Assembly: GCA_977017645.1 (NCBI GenBank)
Contig: OZ360226.1
Coordinates: 134,602,001-134,666,000, forward strand
Source of the DNA: Torpedo marmorata
Lineage: Eukaryota
DNA length: 64,000 bases
Direction of reading: 5' to 3'
Shown: in pieces, positions 11,440-24,941 of the stretch
Position numbering within the stretch: position 1 is the stretch's first letter
Layout: every line of letters begins with the position of its first letter
Notes under the pieces: model-generated
What the model was told of the DNA's origin: nothing
Databases searched by the model: none
Seen by the model: only the letters and a program-made list of their open reading frames with translations
Translations under genes and position numbers: made by a program

Positions 11440-14400
11440 ATGGTGGGGTTCCGAGGCCCGTTGATGCCACTCCCCCTGTGCGTTCCAGGGAAACGCCAGA
11501 GCCGGCCGTCGCAAGCATCAACGACGGCCAGCCTACATCACAACCTCCTCCACATACGGGACTCCCTGTCGGGCCGCCGGTTCCTGGTCGACACCGGGGC
11601 CGAAATCAGCGTTTTTCCCCCTTCCAGCTCCGATGTCCACAGCAGCAGGGTTGGACAAGCCCTGAGAGCGGCCAATAATTCAAACATTCGTACCTTCGGC
11701 ACCCGCACCATCCCCCTCCGTTTCGGAGACAGCCATTTCACTTGTAAGTTCACGTTGGCGGCCGTGCAACACCCATTTCTGGGTGCGGATTTCCTTAGGG
11801 CCAAATCTCTAGGGGCAGAGACTGGTGCACGCCACAACCTTTCAGACTCTTTCCCTGGGTGGAACCGAACTCACTGTCCCCCGCCTACACTCGGTAACAG
11901 CCGGCAACAACGAGTTTGCGCGGATTGTCACCGAATTCCCCGCCATCGCAATGCCACACTTCTCCTCGGCAGAACCTAAGCACGGGGTTAGGCACCATAT
12001 CCTTACAACGGGACCTCCCCTTCACGCCAGGGGCCTCCCCCCTGAAAAACTCAACCTCGCCAAGGAAGAGTTTCGAAAAATGGAAGAGCTCGGTATCGTG
12101 CGGCGCTCTGACAGCCCCTGGGCCTCCCCACTCCACATTGTGCTCAAGGCGGCAGGGGGTTGGAGACCATGCGGGGATTACCGCCGTCTCAACAAGGCCA
12201 CCACGCTGGACAGATATCCATTGCCCTACATCCAGGACTTCATCGCCAACCTACAAGGGGCTCGGATATTCTCGAAGGTGGACCTCATCAGAGGCTATCA
12301 CCAGATCCCAGTCCACCCGGAAGACATTGCCAAGACTGCCATAATCACCCCCTTTGGTCTGTTTGAGTTTCTCCGAATGCCGTTCGGCCTGAAGAATGCA
12401 GCTCAAACCTTCCAGAGGTTGATGGACGCAGTGGGCCGGGATCTCAAATATACCTTCATCTACTTGGATGACATATTGATAGCCAGCCGCAACCGTGCCG
12501 AACATGCCACCCACATAAGGCAATTGTGCACCCGCCTTAGTGAGTTCGGTTTAACAATCAACCCAGCCAAATGGCAGTTCGGGCGAGAGTCCATAGATTT
12601 CCTGGGGCATCGTATTAACAAAGATGGGGCCAGGCCGCTGCCCAAGAAGGTGGAGGCCATCCGGTCGTACACACAGCCAACAACAGTAAAGGGCCTTCAG
12701 GAGTTCACTGGTATGGTTAACTTTTATCACCGTTTCATACCGGCAGCAGCCTGCATCATGCGGCCCTTGTTCTCCCTCATGACAGGTCCAAAGAGGGAGA
12801 TCGAGTGGACGCAGGAAGCATCAGAGGCTTTCCAAACAGCCAAAGACGCCCTGGCATACGCCACTCTCCTGGTGCATCCAAGGACAGACACCCCGATCGC
12901 CCTCACTGTGGACGCCTCCAACACAGCGGTCGGGGGAGTACTTGAGCAGCTTGTCGCTGGACAATGGCAGCCGCTAGCCTTTTTCAGTAAGCACCTCCGC
13001 CCACCGGAGCTCAAGTACAGTGCTTTTGATTGGGAGCTCTTAGCTTTATACCTGGCGGTCTGGCATTTCCGATACTTCCTGGAGGGCAGGAAGTTCAAGA
13101 TATTCACGGACTACAAACCGCTCACCTTTGCTTTCGGCAAGGTATCAGACCCATGGTCAGCCAGGCAACAAAGGCACCTGTCCTACGTATCTGAGTTCTC
13201 CACAGATATCACACACATTGCCGGGAAGTCGAATGTGGTGGCCGACGCACTATCACGGCCAGCCATACTGGCCGTGCACGCCCCCGCCCCAGGCATCGAC
13301 TACACAGCCCTGGCTGAGGCACAGCAAGCAGACCCCGACATGCCCGCATACCGGACTGCGATAACCGGTCTCCGCCTAGAGGACGTACGCATCGGCTCAG
13401 GGAAACAGACGCTTCTGTGTGACACCTCGACCAGTACGCCTAGACCTATCATACCTGCAGCATGGAGGAAGCGAGTCTTCGACACAGTCCACAACCTGGC
13501 GCACCCGGCCATCAGAACCACAGTTAAGATGGTGGCCAGCAGATACGTATGGCACGGTCTTCGCAAAGAAGTCAGTCAGTGGGCCAAGACCTGCACACAT
13601 TGCCAGGCATCAAAGGTGCACACGCACATTAGAGCCCCTCCCCAGTCATTTGAACCGGCACGGCAGAGGTTCAGCCATGTGCACATAGACATTGTAGGCC
13701 CTCTACCGGTATCAAGAGGTGCCCGATACCTCTTGACGATGATAGATCATCTGACCAGATGGCCGGAAGCAGTCCCACTAGCGGAAACATCCACAGAGTC
13801 GTGTGCTAGAGCCCTGCTAAGCACCTGGGTGGCACGGTTTGGGGTCCCGGAACAGCTTACATCAGACAGAGGTGCTCAGTTTACTTCCAACCTTTGGGCG
13901 ACCTTGGCCAACACCCTGGGAATGCAACTCCACCCTCAGGCCAACAGGTTGGCGGAGAGGTTCCACAGGCACCTCAAGGCAGCCTCATGGCCCGGCTCAC
14001 AGGATCCCACTGGGCCGACGAACTTCCTTGGGTCCTCCTAGTCATCCGCAATGCTCCCAAAGAGGATTTTGACGTGTCTGCAGCAGAGATGGTCTACGGC
14101 GCACCCCTGGTCATCCCGGGCGAATTCCTGGCTGGCGCCGGGAACACGGAACAAACTCCAGCGGCAACCCTGACTCGTCTGCGGGAACGACTAGGTACGC
14201 TGGCCCCGGCACAACCCAGGGCATATGGCCAGCCCAAAATATTCGTCCCGAAGGACTTAAAGGACTGCAAACACGTTTTTGTAAGGCGCGGAGCACATCG
14301 GCCACCACACCAATGGCCGTACGAAGGACCGTACCGTGTACTCAGGCACAACGGCTCCACCTGTGTAATACATATTGGCAGCAGAGAAGAAACTTTCACG

Positions 14401-14523
14401 GTTGACCGGCTCAAACCAGCGCACCTGGACCCTGGCCAACCGGTCACTCATCCTATCCCAGGGTTGCCTCCCAAATACAAAACCGCCACACAGATCGCCG
14501 GTTCTGGGGGGGGGGTCGTGTAG
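11440..14523 (+). pseudogene. Gypsy pol (protease, RT, RNase H, integrase) broken across three ORFs
   Basis: FLVDTGAEIS (protease); WRPCGDYR, MPFGLKNA and YLDD (RT); VDAS and NVVADALSR (RNase H); H..H..C..C, HIDIVGP and SDRG (integrase); GPY motif. Confidence 0.95.
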
Positions 14524-14837
14524 CGGTCCGCGGCCTACTCCGTAGGCCGACACAGGAAGCAATGGTCGAACGCGACGATCACGCAGGTGGCACGTGATCC
14601 AAACGGCACGTTTCCGTAGGCCACAACAGCAGGGGGAAAACAAGCCAATCCCCGACGGCGGATCGTGGCCCGACCAATCCTGGTCGACGGATTGCAATCC
14701 ACGCCCACCAGTGACGTGGCAGCCAGGCTCAGCCAGCCTATAAAAGGCAGAGCAGATAGCCGAATAAACTAGTGTTGACTCAACTCTCGGTGTGTGAGCA
14801 TCTTCTTCCAGAGCTATAACCGTAGCGACGTGCTACA
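14519..14837 (+). repeat. Gypsy 3' LTR (319 bp)
   Basis: Direct repeat of 10450-10776, preceded by a poly-G PPT and followed by TSD AGAC. Confidence 0.95.
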
Positions 14838-16344
14838 AGACCTGTTTTAAAGTTCAAATATGAATAGAAATAATTATTTAAGAGTATGGCTTCTTAAAAA
14901 ATTTATCAGCAAATAAAAATATTTTAACACTGTATAGGTGGGGAATCTGACAACTAATTAATGTAAATTTTTGAAAACTTATTGTTGCCTTCAATCAAGA
15001 TAGATTTTTAGAGATAACTATCAACAGATATTGAATTTTTAAAAATTCAGTGCAATACTTATAAAGGTCTAGTGATCCAGTTTTGCTCAGTTTTTAATTT
15101 AAAATAAGAAAATGGCATACAGATTCTAAATAAACGAAGGATTATAATGTGACATAAATAACATTGGCAGGCGCATGTCAGAAAAAAGGCTCTTTTCTTT
15201 GCACAATATTTCCTTTGTGTTTACTCTGTGCAGTGTTTTTGTTATGTGACCTGACCCTCTTGATCTATTTTCCACAGGAAATATTGATGTGTCTAGCAAA
15301 AGCATTATGGGCAGAATTTTCCCCTCATGCATAATTAATGAGAGGAAAATACTGTGTAGTTATGACATTCTCCAATGATACAGTCTGTCAAGAGTCTGTC
15401 CTTTGATGCAAGATAGCTAATTTAACCAATAAATGTTGTAACTTACTGGGTAAATAATTCTTAAACAGTCTTATTAAACTATTATTATTAGATACACTGT
15501 CAGGTTTTTAGAAATGGGTGCAGGAGTAGCCCATCTCGCCGTTCGAACCTGCTCTGCTATTCAATAAGATCATGGCTGATCTGGCCATATCCAGCTCCAC
15601 TTACCCCTCCTTCCCAAAGTGTATGAATTGTTATGGGATGAGTTAATCTTTTAACAATTAGTTTTTAATTTCACAAGTTTAAATTTTTTTTTAATCACGT
15701 GGGTACTCCAAGATGTCCTTGGAATTTCTGTGACTGTTTTAGAAGGTGACAAGAATGTACAATTATTTGTTCCCACAGTAGTATATTTACATAAAGTAAA
15801 TGGAGAAAAATGGTCTGAGAAGGACATAGAAATTTGTTCAGCCTGATGTGAGATTTATCATGGAATTAATCCAAACATTTAAAAAATTTGATGGTTTGGA
15901 ATTTGGGCAGATAAAACTGAGTTTGAAGGCAAGTAATTGGGGAGCAGGTCCTAGTGCCATATACATGGAAGCAAAACATCTCTGAAGTCATTAAACAGGC
16001 GGAATACCATCAGATTAAAGAATTCCCAGGTGGCAAACCAGTAAAAAAAAAGTCTGGATTCTAATTTGTTTTTTAATCAGTTTACAAAAAAGCAAAGTAA
16101 AAATCAGGGGATGCACATGGGATTCCACTTCAATTTGATAAACCAAACTTCAAAGTTCAAATTGATTTTTTATTATTTTTAAATATCATGGAAGCTTCAA
16201 ATATTTGCCCAACTACACTAATCATTTGTTTGTATTGGGACCATGTCCTTCTGTGCTTTGCTAATTTAACTATCTAAATTCTGCTTTTCCCCTTCAAATC
16301 AAACGTGTGCTGGTGTGATAATTGCAGTAGGGAAAGGGATGGTG

Positions 16345-16780
16345 GTGCTTGTAAGAGTGCAGAAGAGATGTTTCCTGGAATGGAAGGTGTTGAAAGGAGA
16401 GATTGGATAGTCTGGGATTGTTTTTATTTGAAATAAAGGAGACTGAAGAGTAGCCTTACAGAGGTTTATGGAATTGTGAAGGGCATGGAGGAGGAGAAGG
16501 TCACTGTCCTTTTTCCACAGTGTAGGGGAGTCTTAAACTGGATGGGTGAGGTTTAAGGTGAGTGGGGAAAGATTTAAAGAGGACTGAGGGGGAGTTTTTT
16601 TTCCACACAGAGGGTGATGAGTCTATGGAACAAACTGCTAAAGGAGGTGCTAAGGGTCAGTACAATCTAAGCAAAAGGCAAGGAAAAGAGGCAGATGGGG
16701 AAAATGCAGGAACCTGGGATTATCAGAGACTACCATGGCAGGAAAGAGTCAGACTGAAGGGCCTGTGTCTGTGCTGTAGG
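16345..16780 (+). mobile_element. Old CR1-type LINE 3' fragment
   Basis: Decayed CR1 terminal motifs (GTGCAGAAGAGA, GGGGAGTC, GGGGAAAGATTTAAA, TTCCACACAGAGGGTG, GAAGGGCCTGT). Confidence 0.6.
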
Positions 16781-16931
16781 ATTCGAAATATTATTCTGAG
16801 GGAATGATATCCCACATTCATGACATTAGTTTTTCAGAGATGAAGTTGTAATTATAAGTTAGTTCTAAACTTGCATCTTGTTTAACAAGATTAATAATTT
16901 AATTTGCCTTTAAAATGCAAATTGTGCACAT

Positions 16932-17440
16932 TTCAAGATTCAAGATTCCTTTATTGTCATGTAATAGTATAGAACACGTAAAATTACATGAAATTGCTTT
17001 CTGTCTGCCGTAAGGCAGACAAAGAATCACCATTCGTGTCGCCTGGTGCCCCTTGCAGTAAGAGAGAAAGAGAAGCAAAAGAGAGTCCCTTCAGAGTCAC
17101 TGAGTGTCCGTGGATTTACCTCCAGCATTCCTGCAGCCTCTGCAACCGCATAGACTCCTGTTCAGTTCATCGGCAACCCAAGCTCCAGGTCCAAACGTCC
17201 AACACGATCAGGAAGCCTTCAGAGCCCAAGGCCCTTCGGGAGTTCTTCTTGCCTTCAGCACCCCCTTGAATCCTGGCTTCAATACCTGGTTCCCGCAGCC
17301 TGCTGTGAGTCCTTTGATTGCAAGTCGCCCACAGCCTGTTTGAGTCACTCAGCCTCTGAGCTCCTTGCTAGTCTACTGCCATGGTCACCTTCCTGTAGAG
17401 TCGTCTCCTTGAAGTTTAAATCAAATCTCTGACTCTCTGC
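16932..17440 (-). mobile_element. Non-coding retroposon fragment with a (TCTTGAA)n tail
   Basis: Begins TTCAAGATTCAAGATTCCTTTATTGTCATG on plus. A clearly related copy lies at 61843-62190. Confidence 0.65.
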
Positions 17441-17921
17441 TGATTGCATTCGCATAAGTACACACCAGAGAAGAGGCAACCCCTTGGCAGCAGCTTTAGG
17501 ATTGAATGTGTGACTGTGGGTGTAAACCAGAAGTTGTTTGAAAGTAATTGGGATAACAGGCACAAATCTTGGGCTATTTACTTTGACTGTATCTCCAGCT
17601 AAGTCTTTCTAAATTATTATCCAATCACAATTCTATTTGACTTTTTAAACTCTTTGCTATACTAAAACGGCTATATAAATTTAAGGTGTGGTTAATGGCT
17701 TGCAAATATTAGAAAATATATACAATATGTTTGTGACACACCACATAGCTCTGTGCCACAAATCTACCAGTAATTAATGGCTCGAATGCTTTGAGAAGAG
17801 CCAGTGCTATTAAGTACAATTGTGAGTGATCTTGGAACACAAGGCCTACTCCTGACTAACTTCTTCAACTGACAAACTCTTTAATCTGCTGTTGCCTGAT
17901 TATGTTTCTGGACAGTATTAC

Positions 17922-19468
17922 TTCAAGTTCAAGTTTATTTATTATCTGATTGTAACAGTACAACCTGACGAAACAGCATTCTCCGGTCCACGCTGCAAAA
18001 ACAGTTCAAGTGCACATAAAGAAATAACACACATACAGACAAATGGTACATATACACAGAACCTATCTACATGTCTTATATACATATATTAAAAATAAAT
18101 ATTATTAATAAATAGTAGAGTCACAGGGAGTTGTTTTAGCAGTTCAGCAGTCTTATTGCCCATGGGAAGAAGCAGTTCCTCAGCCTGGTGGATCTGGCTC
18201 TAATACTCTTTCCCGACAGGAGTCGCTGGAAGATGCTGTGTGTGAGGTGGTAGGGGTCCTTACAGATTTTGCGAACTCTCTTTAAACAACAATTCCAGTA
18301 AATCACATCAATGGGGAGGAGAGAGACCTCAGTGATGTTCTCTGCCACTTTTATGGTCCTGTGGATTGATCTCCAATCTGATGCTTTACAGCAACTGTGC
18401 CACACTGTGATGCAGGCGGCCAGGACGCTCTCGATAGAGCTCCTGTAGAAAGTTGACAGAATTGTAGCCGGTAGTTTTGCCCGCCTCAGTCTTCTGAGGA
18501 AGTGTAGTTGCAGTTGTGCCATTCTAACAAGTGAGATGTTCTATGACCAGGATAGGTCACTTCTTAAGTGGACACCGAGGATCTTGGTGCTCTCCACTCT
18601 CTCCACTATCAAGTTATTAATGTGTAGTGGAGAATGGTCATCTCTGGTCCTCCTGAACACCACAATCATCTCCTTTGTTTTGTCCACTTTGAAACTCAGG
18701 TTGTTATTCTCGCACCATTTCATGAGATTTTCCACCTCTTCTCAGTATTGCAACTCATCGGTGTTGTTGATGTGGCCAACTACTGTTGTGTCATCTGCAA
18801 ACTTGATGACTCTGTTGGAGCTGGATCTGGTGTTGCAGTTATGAGTCAACAGCATGAACAGGAGCAGGCTGAGCACACAGCCCTGAGGTGCACCAGTGCT
18901 CAGCGTGATGGTGCTCAACGTTCTGCTGCCAATCTGGACAGACTGTGGTTTTTCCGTTAGGAAGTCCAGTATCCAGTTACGGAAAAAGGTGTTGATCCCA
19001 GCGAGGACAGCTTCATCACCAGCCTCTGGAGTATGATTGTATTAAATGCTGAGCTGAAGTCAATGAACAGCAGCCTGGTGTATGAGGCGTCGTTCTCCAG
19101 GTGGGTCAGCACGGAACGGAGGGACAAGGCTATAGCATCGTCAGTGGAACGGTTCCATTTGTAGGCGAACTGAAATGGGTCCAGTGTCTCTGAGAGACTT
19201 TGATAAGTTCCATCACCAGATGCATGAAGCATTTCATAATGGTGGAGGTCAGTGCAATTAGGCAGTAGTCATTGAGGCCTGTTACTGTTGATCTCTTTGG
19301 TACTGGGATGATGGTAGCTGCCTTAAAACCTGCGGGGATGATGGATTGCTGCAATGACGTGTTGAAGATGTCCGTAAGGACCTTGGTCAGTTGGTTAGCA
19401 CAGTCCTTCAGGATCCAACCAGGTATGTTGTCTGGTCCCTCTGCCTTGTGTGGGTTGTGCAACATTTG
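17922..19468 (-). mobile_element. Rex1/Babar LINE, 5'-truncated, RT region frameshifted
   Basis: [53 protein letters not shown]. Tail is (TTGAAC)n after AATAAA. Confidence 0.9.
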
Positions 19469-21841
19469 ATCTTCTGATGGAAGCATTCAAACTATTAAAG
19501 GTTTTTTTCCAACCCTTCAGGCACTTGAGTATGAATCGATGTTAAAGTAGAATAAAAATGCAAAGTCATGGCAAAACAAATCTGAAGGAGAAAATAGAAA
19601 AAATGGCTTGCTGAATTAGTGAAATTTGCTGACAAATCATTCATCATTTCTCATGTACATTACAGTTTTTAGCATTATTTTGATATAATGCCAGGAGCAG
19701 TCAACCACTCTGCTGCTCCAACTATTGGGAGACAGCTCCAATTTCAATCTTGCTGTCTTTCTTTTTCACTTGCTGTTTTATTTCTCTCGCCCACCTCCCC
19801 CCCCCCAAGAAAAAGATTAGCATCATCGATTTTTTTCTTGCTTACCCCATTTTTTTTCTTGTGTACTCTTACTCTCCCACCCTTTCTGGAACTATGCAGC
19901 TCTCGCAGATGGACAGTGGAGGAGCATATATGGAATGTTATCTTACTTCCCTTGCTGAGTTCAAATGGACATCCAAAATGTCAGGTGCAGTACAGGAGTT
20001 GATAGAATTCATTCCATAGATTTTTGGATGTATTTTGCCCACTAAATGAGGATTCCAACATCTCTGCAGACTAGTTCTGTGGACAATCGAAAAGTTGCTT
20101 TGTATCGGTTTAACATTGTGTTAATAAGATTCAGATCTTCTGTAAAATTTGTTTCTTGTTTCACCATGTAATTCTTTCATGTAAAAAAATACAGCAGATT
20201 CCTGACGACTGCTCATACTTTGTCTCTGGCACTTTTGTTGATCGTCTATTTCTCCAGATCCACTTGTTGAGTCAACAAATGCAAGCTAATTTCACAATAA
20301 CAAATAAATAATATTTTTAATCATTTGTACACCCACCCATACACTGCAACAACACTGAGACAATTTAGTTTTGTGAATAAAGTGGTATCTAGCCATCATC
20401 CAAATTATAATCTCCATAATCTTGCTAATTAGGTGAACTCAGATTGCTAGAAGTTAACATTTATATGAGATTTCATTTAACATTTGGGAAACCTTTTATC
20501 ATAACAAGTATTCATTATATGGGGTTCACAGCATGTTAAAACTGCCTGATGTGTAATGATCCTGATTTTAACTGATTATGAGCATAATGACACATCTGAC
20601 ACAAATTTAAAAATGTAAAAATCAAGGAAAATTATTATCTGCTTAAAAAATGCTGCTGTAGACATCAATTATGGAGTTACGGAATCCTGTTTAGTAAGAA
20701 GCTGCTCTTCCCAAATACACACTCTAGGGAATTACTATATATGCTGCCTACCCAGGATATTAATTAAAAATGTTCATTATTCTGTGCTACATTCCCTCAA
20801 GAATCAAATGGAACTTAGCAGAGTTGAAGGTGGTCCTTCTTCTGCATCCTCAGACTGATGTTCCTGAATCGCCTGATTGTGGTAATGCTCAACATTGTCA
20901 GTGGCCTGTATATTTCATGTTGCCACATGCTGATTAATATGCTCTGTAATACTGAAATGAGGTGATCACTTATTATGTTGCTTCGTAGTGAAGATAACAA
21001 TGACATGAGGCTGACTGACACGTCTACTCTGATGCCGACGCCGTAATCTTTCATTGGCTTGCTAATCAGTCTGATATAGACAATATTTCTTCCTGAAATC
21101 CTAAATCTGAACATGCATATTCTCAATTGAATAAATAGATCAGTTATTATATTACTGTCACAGCATGATACTTGTACTTAATGCTGTAAGTGGTAATTGA
21201 TTAACATGATTGTCCCTTGGGATGTCAACTGCTAGCAATACATTAGCACTGCACTGCAAGGAATTGTACATTGTTATGAGCTCATTGTTTGCTTTGTGAA
21301 AGGAACTAGTAACCTGAGCACTGTTATGGTGCTCAGGTTACTAGTCATGTTACTCATCTCTTCCACACTGCTGTCTGAATCTCCAAGTACAAGCCCTCTT
21401 AGAACGAGAAAAGAAGGGTAAAGCACTGTTTGTAAATCATACCATGCAAACCTGCAGCCACAGTGCACAAGACAACTTTTTTCACTGCTTTTGTCAAACA
21501 GAAATACAAAATGCAAAATCATTATCTCATTGGGTGAGTGTTGTATCTTTGGAATAGGCTTCCAGGAGAGATGGGGGAAGCAGACTGTTAATTCATTCCA
21601 TGCATATTCAATCTTTTATTTTGGGAAATAATGTTTAGGAGTAGTTTGACACAAGTGTTGGGTGAATCAGATGATTATGGGCTAAGACTCTGAAAACAGC
21701 TTTGAAATGTAGGTTCTTCTTTCCTTGTAATTGATGAGGATTTGCTCGATTGGTCATTAATAGTGTTATTGTGTGATTGTGGTCTCATGGAATATTTCTT
21801 TTTTATCAGTTCTTTTGTTTAACTGAATTTCACATAGTTTT

Positions 21842-22540
21842 TAGAACATAGAACATGTTGTGCTGACCGATGTAAACTTACTCCACAACAATCCAATCCT
21901 TCTCTATCTCACACCCATAACCCTCTTACATCCATGTGCCTGTCTAAGAGTCTTTTGAATGTCCTTATTGTACCAGCCTCCACCACCACCCCTGGTAATG
22001 CATCTCAGGCACCCACCACTCTTTTTTGAGTAAAAAAAAAATTACCTCTGATATCTCCCGTAAACTTTCCTCCACTCACCTTAAACTCATGTCCTCTGGT
22101 ATTTGCTATTGTTACCCTAGGAAAAAGGTGCTGGCTGTCCATCCTCACAATCTTGTATATTTCTCTTAAGTCACCTCTCATCCTTTGAGGTTCCTGGCAC
22201 TAAGTGACACCAGCATCACTCTCTGCCACTTTGCTGCCCAAGAGTGAAGGAGTTGTCTTCTGTTGGAAAAAATGTCAGAGTTTCACCGAACGTAAGTAGA
22301 CCCAACTTGTCCATGCTGTCCAAGTTGGCGTCTACCCAAGCTAGTCCCATTTGTCTGCATTCGGCCTATATCTCTCTAAACATTTTTTACCCATGTACCT
22401 GTCTAAATGTCTCTTAAATGTTACAATTTTATCTGGATCCCTCAGTGAGGAAAAAGATGCCCATCAAGTCCTTTTTGAATTTTTCCCCTCTCAATCTCTG
22501 GCCTCTAGTCTTAGTCTTTTTCCCAGGGGTAGGGGAGTCT
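21842..22540 (-). mobile_element. Cluster of CR1-type 3' fragments
   Basis: TAGAACATAGAACA tail and CR1 3' UTR-like sequence, with a second fragment from ~22290. Confidence 0.6.
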
Positions 22541-22542
22541 AT

Positions 22543-24268
22543 TATGTTTTTTACACAGCAATCCCATGATATTTCCGTAATGAAGACCCTCCAATATTCC
22601 GGCATTGGTCGTTCACACTAAAAAGAACAAAGCCGGCATTTTTCCAGGTCAGTGCGTCTTTTTACAGAGCAAGCCGGCATTCCGTGAACAAAAGGGGTGG
22701 GACATGTAACTCAACAGCGTCGGCGTCTAGTGTCACGTATAACACCGTATTTGACAACATGTTAGACCCACTTGTTTTTCCCAAAAAATGGCTCAAAAAT
22801 ATTCCCACGGTCTTATATGCCAGGTTGAAATTAGGGTGATAATGGTGAGTAACACCGACAGTAACGCTGTCGGTCCTCGCACTGGTCATTGTTTTGAGAA
22901 AGTGTCAGGTCCGTGAGAGACGAGTCTGGATACAAGGGTTTGCTATCAAACGTTACTTTAATAGAAGAGCGTGGGAAAATCGTAGCGGGAATAAAACACA
23001 CACGCGCACAATTAATAGAAGAGCGTGTGAAAAAACGCGCACAATTTAATAAGACATATGCGCACAATGTATAAAAGAGCGTGGGAAAATACACGCATAA
23101 TTTAAGACATACGCGCACAATTTATAAAAGAGCGTGGGAAAATCTGCAAGTATTGATCTATAGCAGTGGATTTCAAACTTTTTCTTTCCACTCACATACC
23201 ACCTTAAGTAATCCCTTACTAATCACCGCTACCTATTGTTGGGGGCTGGTGGCGGGCTATCGGTGGGGGAACGGGGCGGTGGGCTTCAGATTGTTCAAAC
23301 TGAGGACAAACCCACAGACCAGCTTGCTCACAATCTGGCAGACCAAGTGTCAAATCTTTGTGCTTTGTGATTGCCCTCACAATCTGGCAGACCTAGTGTC
23401 AAATCTAGGGTTAGGGTTCAGGTTAGTTTGTCAATATGCGGGCAGCAGGATAATCATCCCTCTTGTGTTCACTGGTGTCCTCTCTCAGAGGTTCTGTGTC
23501 ACTATAAACTGCCACTTTTGGTTGGCCCATGCTTTCATTACCTTGTGCCTGTTTCTAGCTCGAAGTGGGATCAGTGCCTTACTTTCTTTCCGGTACTTTT
23601 TGTGCATTTTGATATGTCCTGGGGTAAGTTTATTGTCTGCATAGTGGGTGACCTTATATTCACCCCTTAGGGTTAGGTGTGGGATTTGGGATAGGGTTAG
23701 GTTTTGGGTTAGGGTTAGGTGTGGGGCGAGAGTTAGGCTTAGGGTTATGGATAGGGTTCTGGTTAGTGTTCGGTGTGGGGTTTCAGAGTAGGGTTGGGTG
23801 TGGGGTTAGGGTAGGTTCCGGTTCGGGTTAGGTATGAGGTTCAGGGTTAGGGGTTCAGGTTGGGTGTGGGGATCAGTTTAGGATTAGGGTTCAGGTTAAG
23901 CTTAGCGGCCCACAGCAACAAAGAGCAGGACCGCCGGGACAGAGCGGGACAACGGGCCGCGGGAGAGAGCAGGCAGTGGACCGCCGGGACAGCGGGCCGC
24001 GGGAGAGAGCAGGCAGCAGTAAAAAAATTATGGTGCACAATATACTTAGAAAATTACAGTACACAATACACATCATGATCCGAGTTGGTCCCGGAATGCC
24101 AGAAGTGCAGTTTACACTGCAGGCATTCCGGGAATTTTACAAGTCCCTTTGCGGTAAAAAGACGGGACTGGAATGGCACCCCCATTCTGTTTCCGTGCTT
24201 TTTACACAACACACGTTCCGGAAAAAAGGAGAAAATGTCCCGGAACGAAGTGGATGTGTAAAAGCATA
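22543..24268 (+). mobile_element. Composite non-autonomous TIR element, copy A (PIF/Harbinger-like termini)
   Basis: Ends TATGTTTTTTACACAGC and GTGTAAAAGCATA. No transposase. Whole length is an inverted match to 24376-26233. Strand is arbitrary. Confidence 0.7.
23667..23900 (+). repeat. Degenerate telomere-like (TTAGGG/GGTTAG) tract in copy A
   Basis: Repeated GGGTTAGGGTTAGG variants. Confidence 0.85.
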
Positions 24269-24630
24269 TTTGACTTATCTCTTCTCATCAAGATTTGTGA
24301 GTGGTGGGTGCCTGAGATGGATTGCCAGGGGTGGTGGTGGAGGCTGGTACAATAAGGACATTCAAAAGACTCTTATATGCTTTTTACACAGCACTTCGTT
24401 CCAGGACATTATTCCCTTTTTTCTGGAATGTGTGCCGTGTAAAAAGCACGGAACCGGAATAGGGGTGCCATTCCAGTCCCGTCTTTTTTTCGCCAAGGCA
24501 CCTTGTAAAATTCTCGAACCGCCTTCAGTGTAAACTGCACTTCTGGCATTCCGGGACCAACTCGGGTCATGATGTGTATGGTGTACCGTAATTTTCTTAG
24601 TATATTGTGTACTGTAATTTTTTTAGTGCG

Positions 24631-24922
24631 ACCTGCTCTCTCCTGCGGCCCGCTGTCCCGCTCTTTCCCAGTGGTCCGCTGCCTGCTCTCTCCCGCGTTT
24701 GCTGTCCCGCTCTGCCCCACCGGTCCGCTGCCTGCTCTCTCCAGTGGCCCGCTGTCCCGCTCTGTCCCAGTGGTCCACTGCCTGCTCTCTCCCGCGGCCC
24801 GCTGTCCCGCTCAGCCCCGGCAGTTTGCTGCCCGCTGTCCCGCTCAGCCCCGGCGGCCTGCTGCCTGCTCTCTCCCGTGGCACGCTGTCCCGCTCTGTCC
24901 CGGCGGTCCGCTGCCTGCTCTC
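24631..24922. repeat. GC-rich ~50-bp minisatellite (about 6 units here, about 2 in copy A at 23921-24018)
   Basis: Recurring CCTGCTCTCTCCCGCGGCCCGCTGTCCCGCTCTGTCCC..GGTCCGCTG. Confidence 0.85.
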
Positions 24923-24941
24923 TGTTGCTGTGGGCCACTAA

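Larger units (their letters stand above)
10450..14837 (+). mobile_element. Full-length Ty3/Gypsy LTR retrotransposon, decayed
   Basis: TG..CA LTRs at 10450-10776 and 14519-14837, 4-bp TSD AGAC, PBS and G-rich PPT, domain order gag-PR-RT-RH-IN. Confidence 0.97.
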
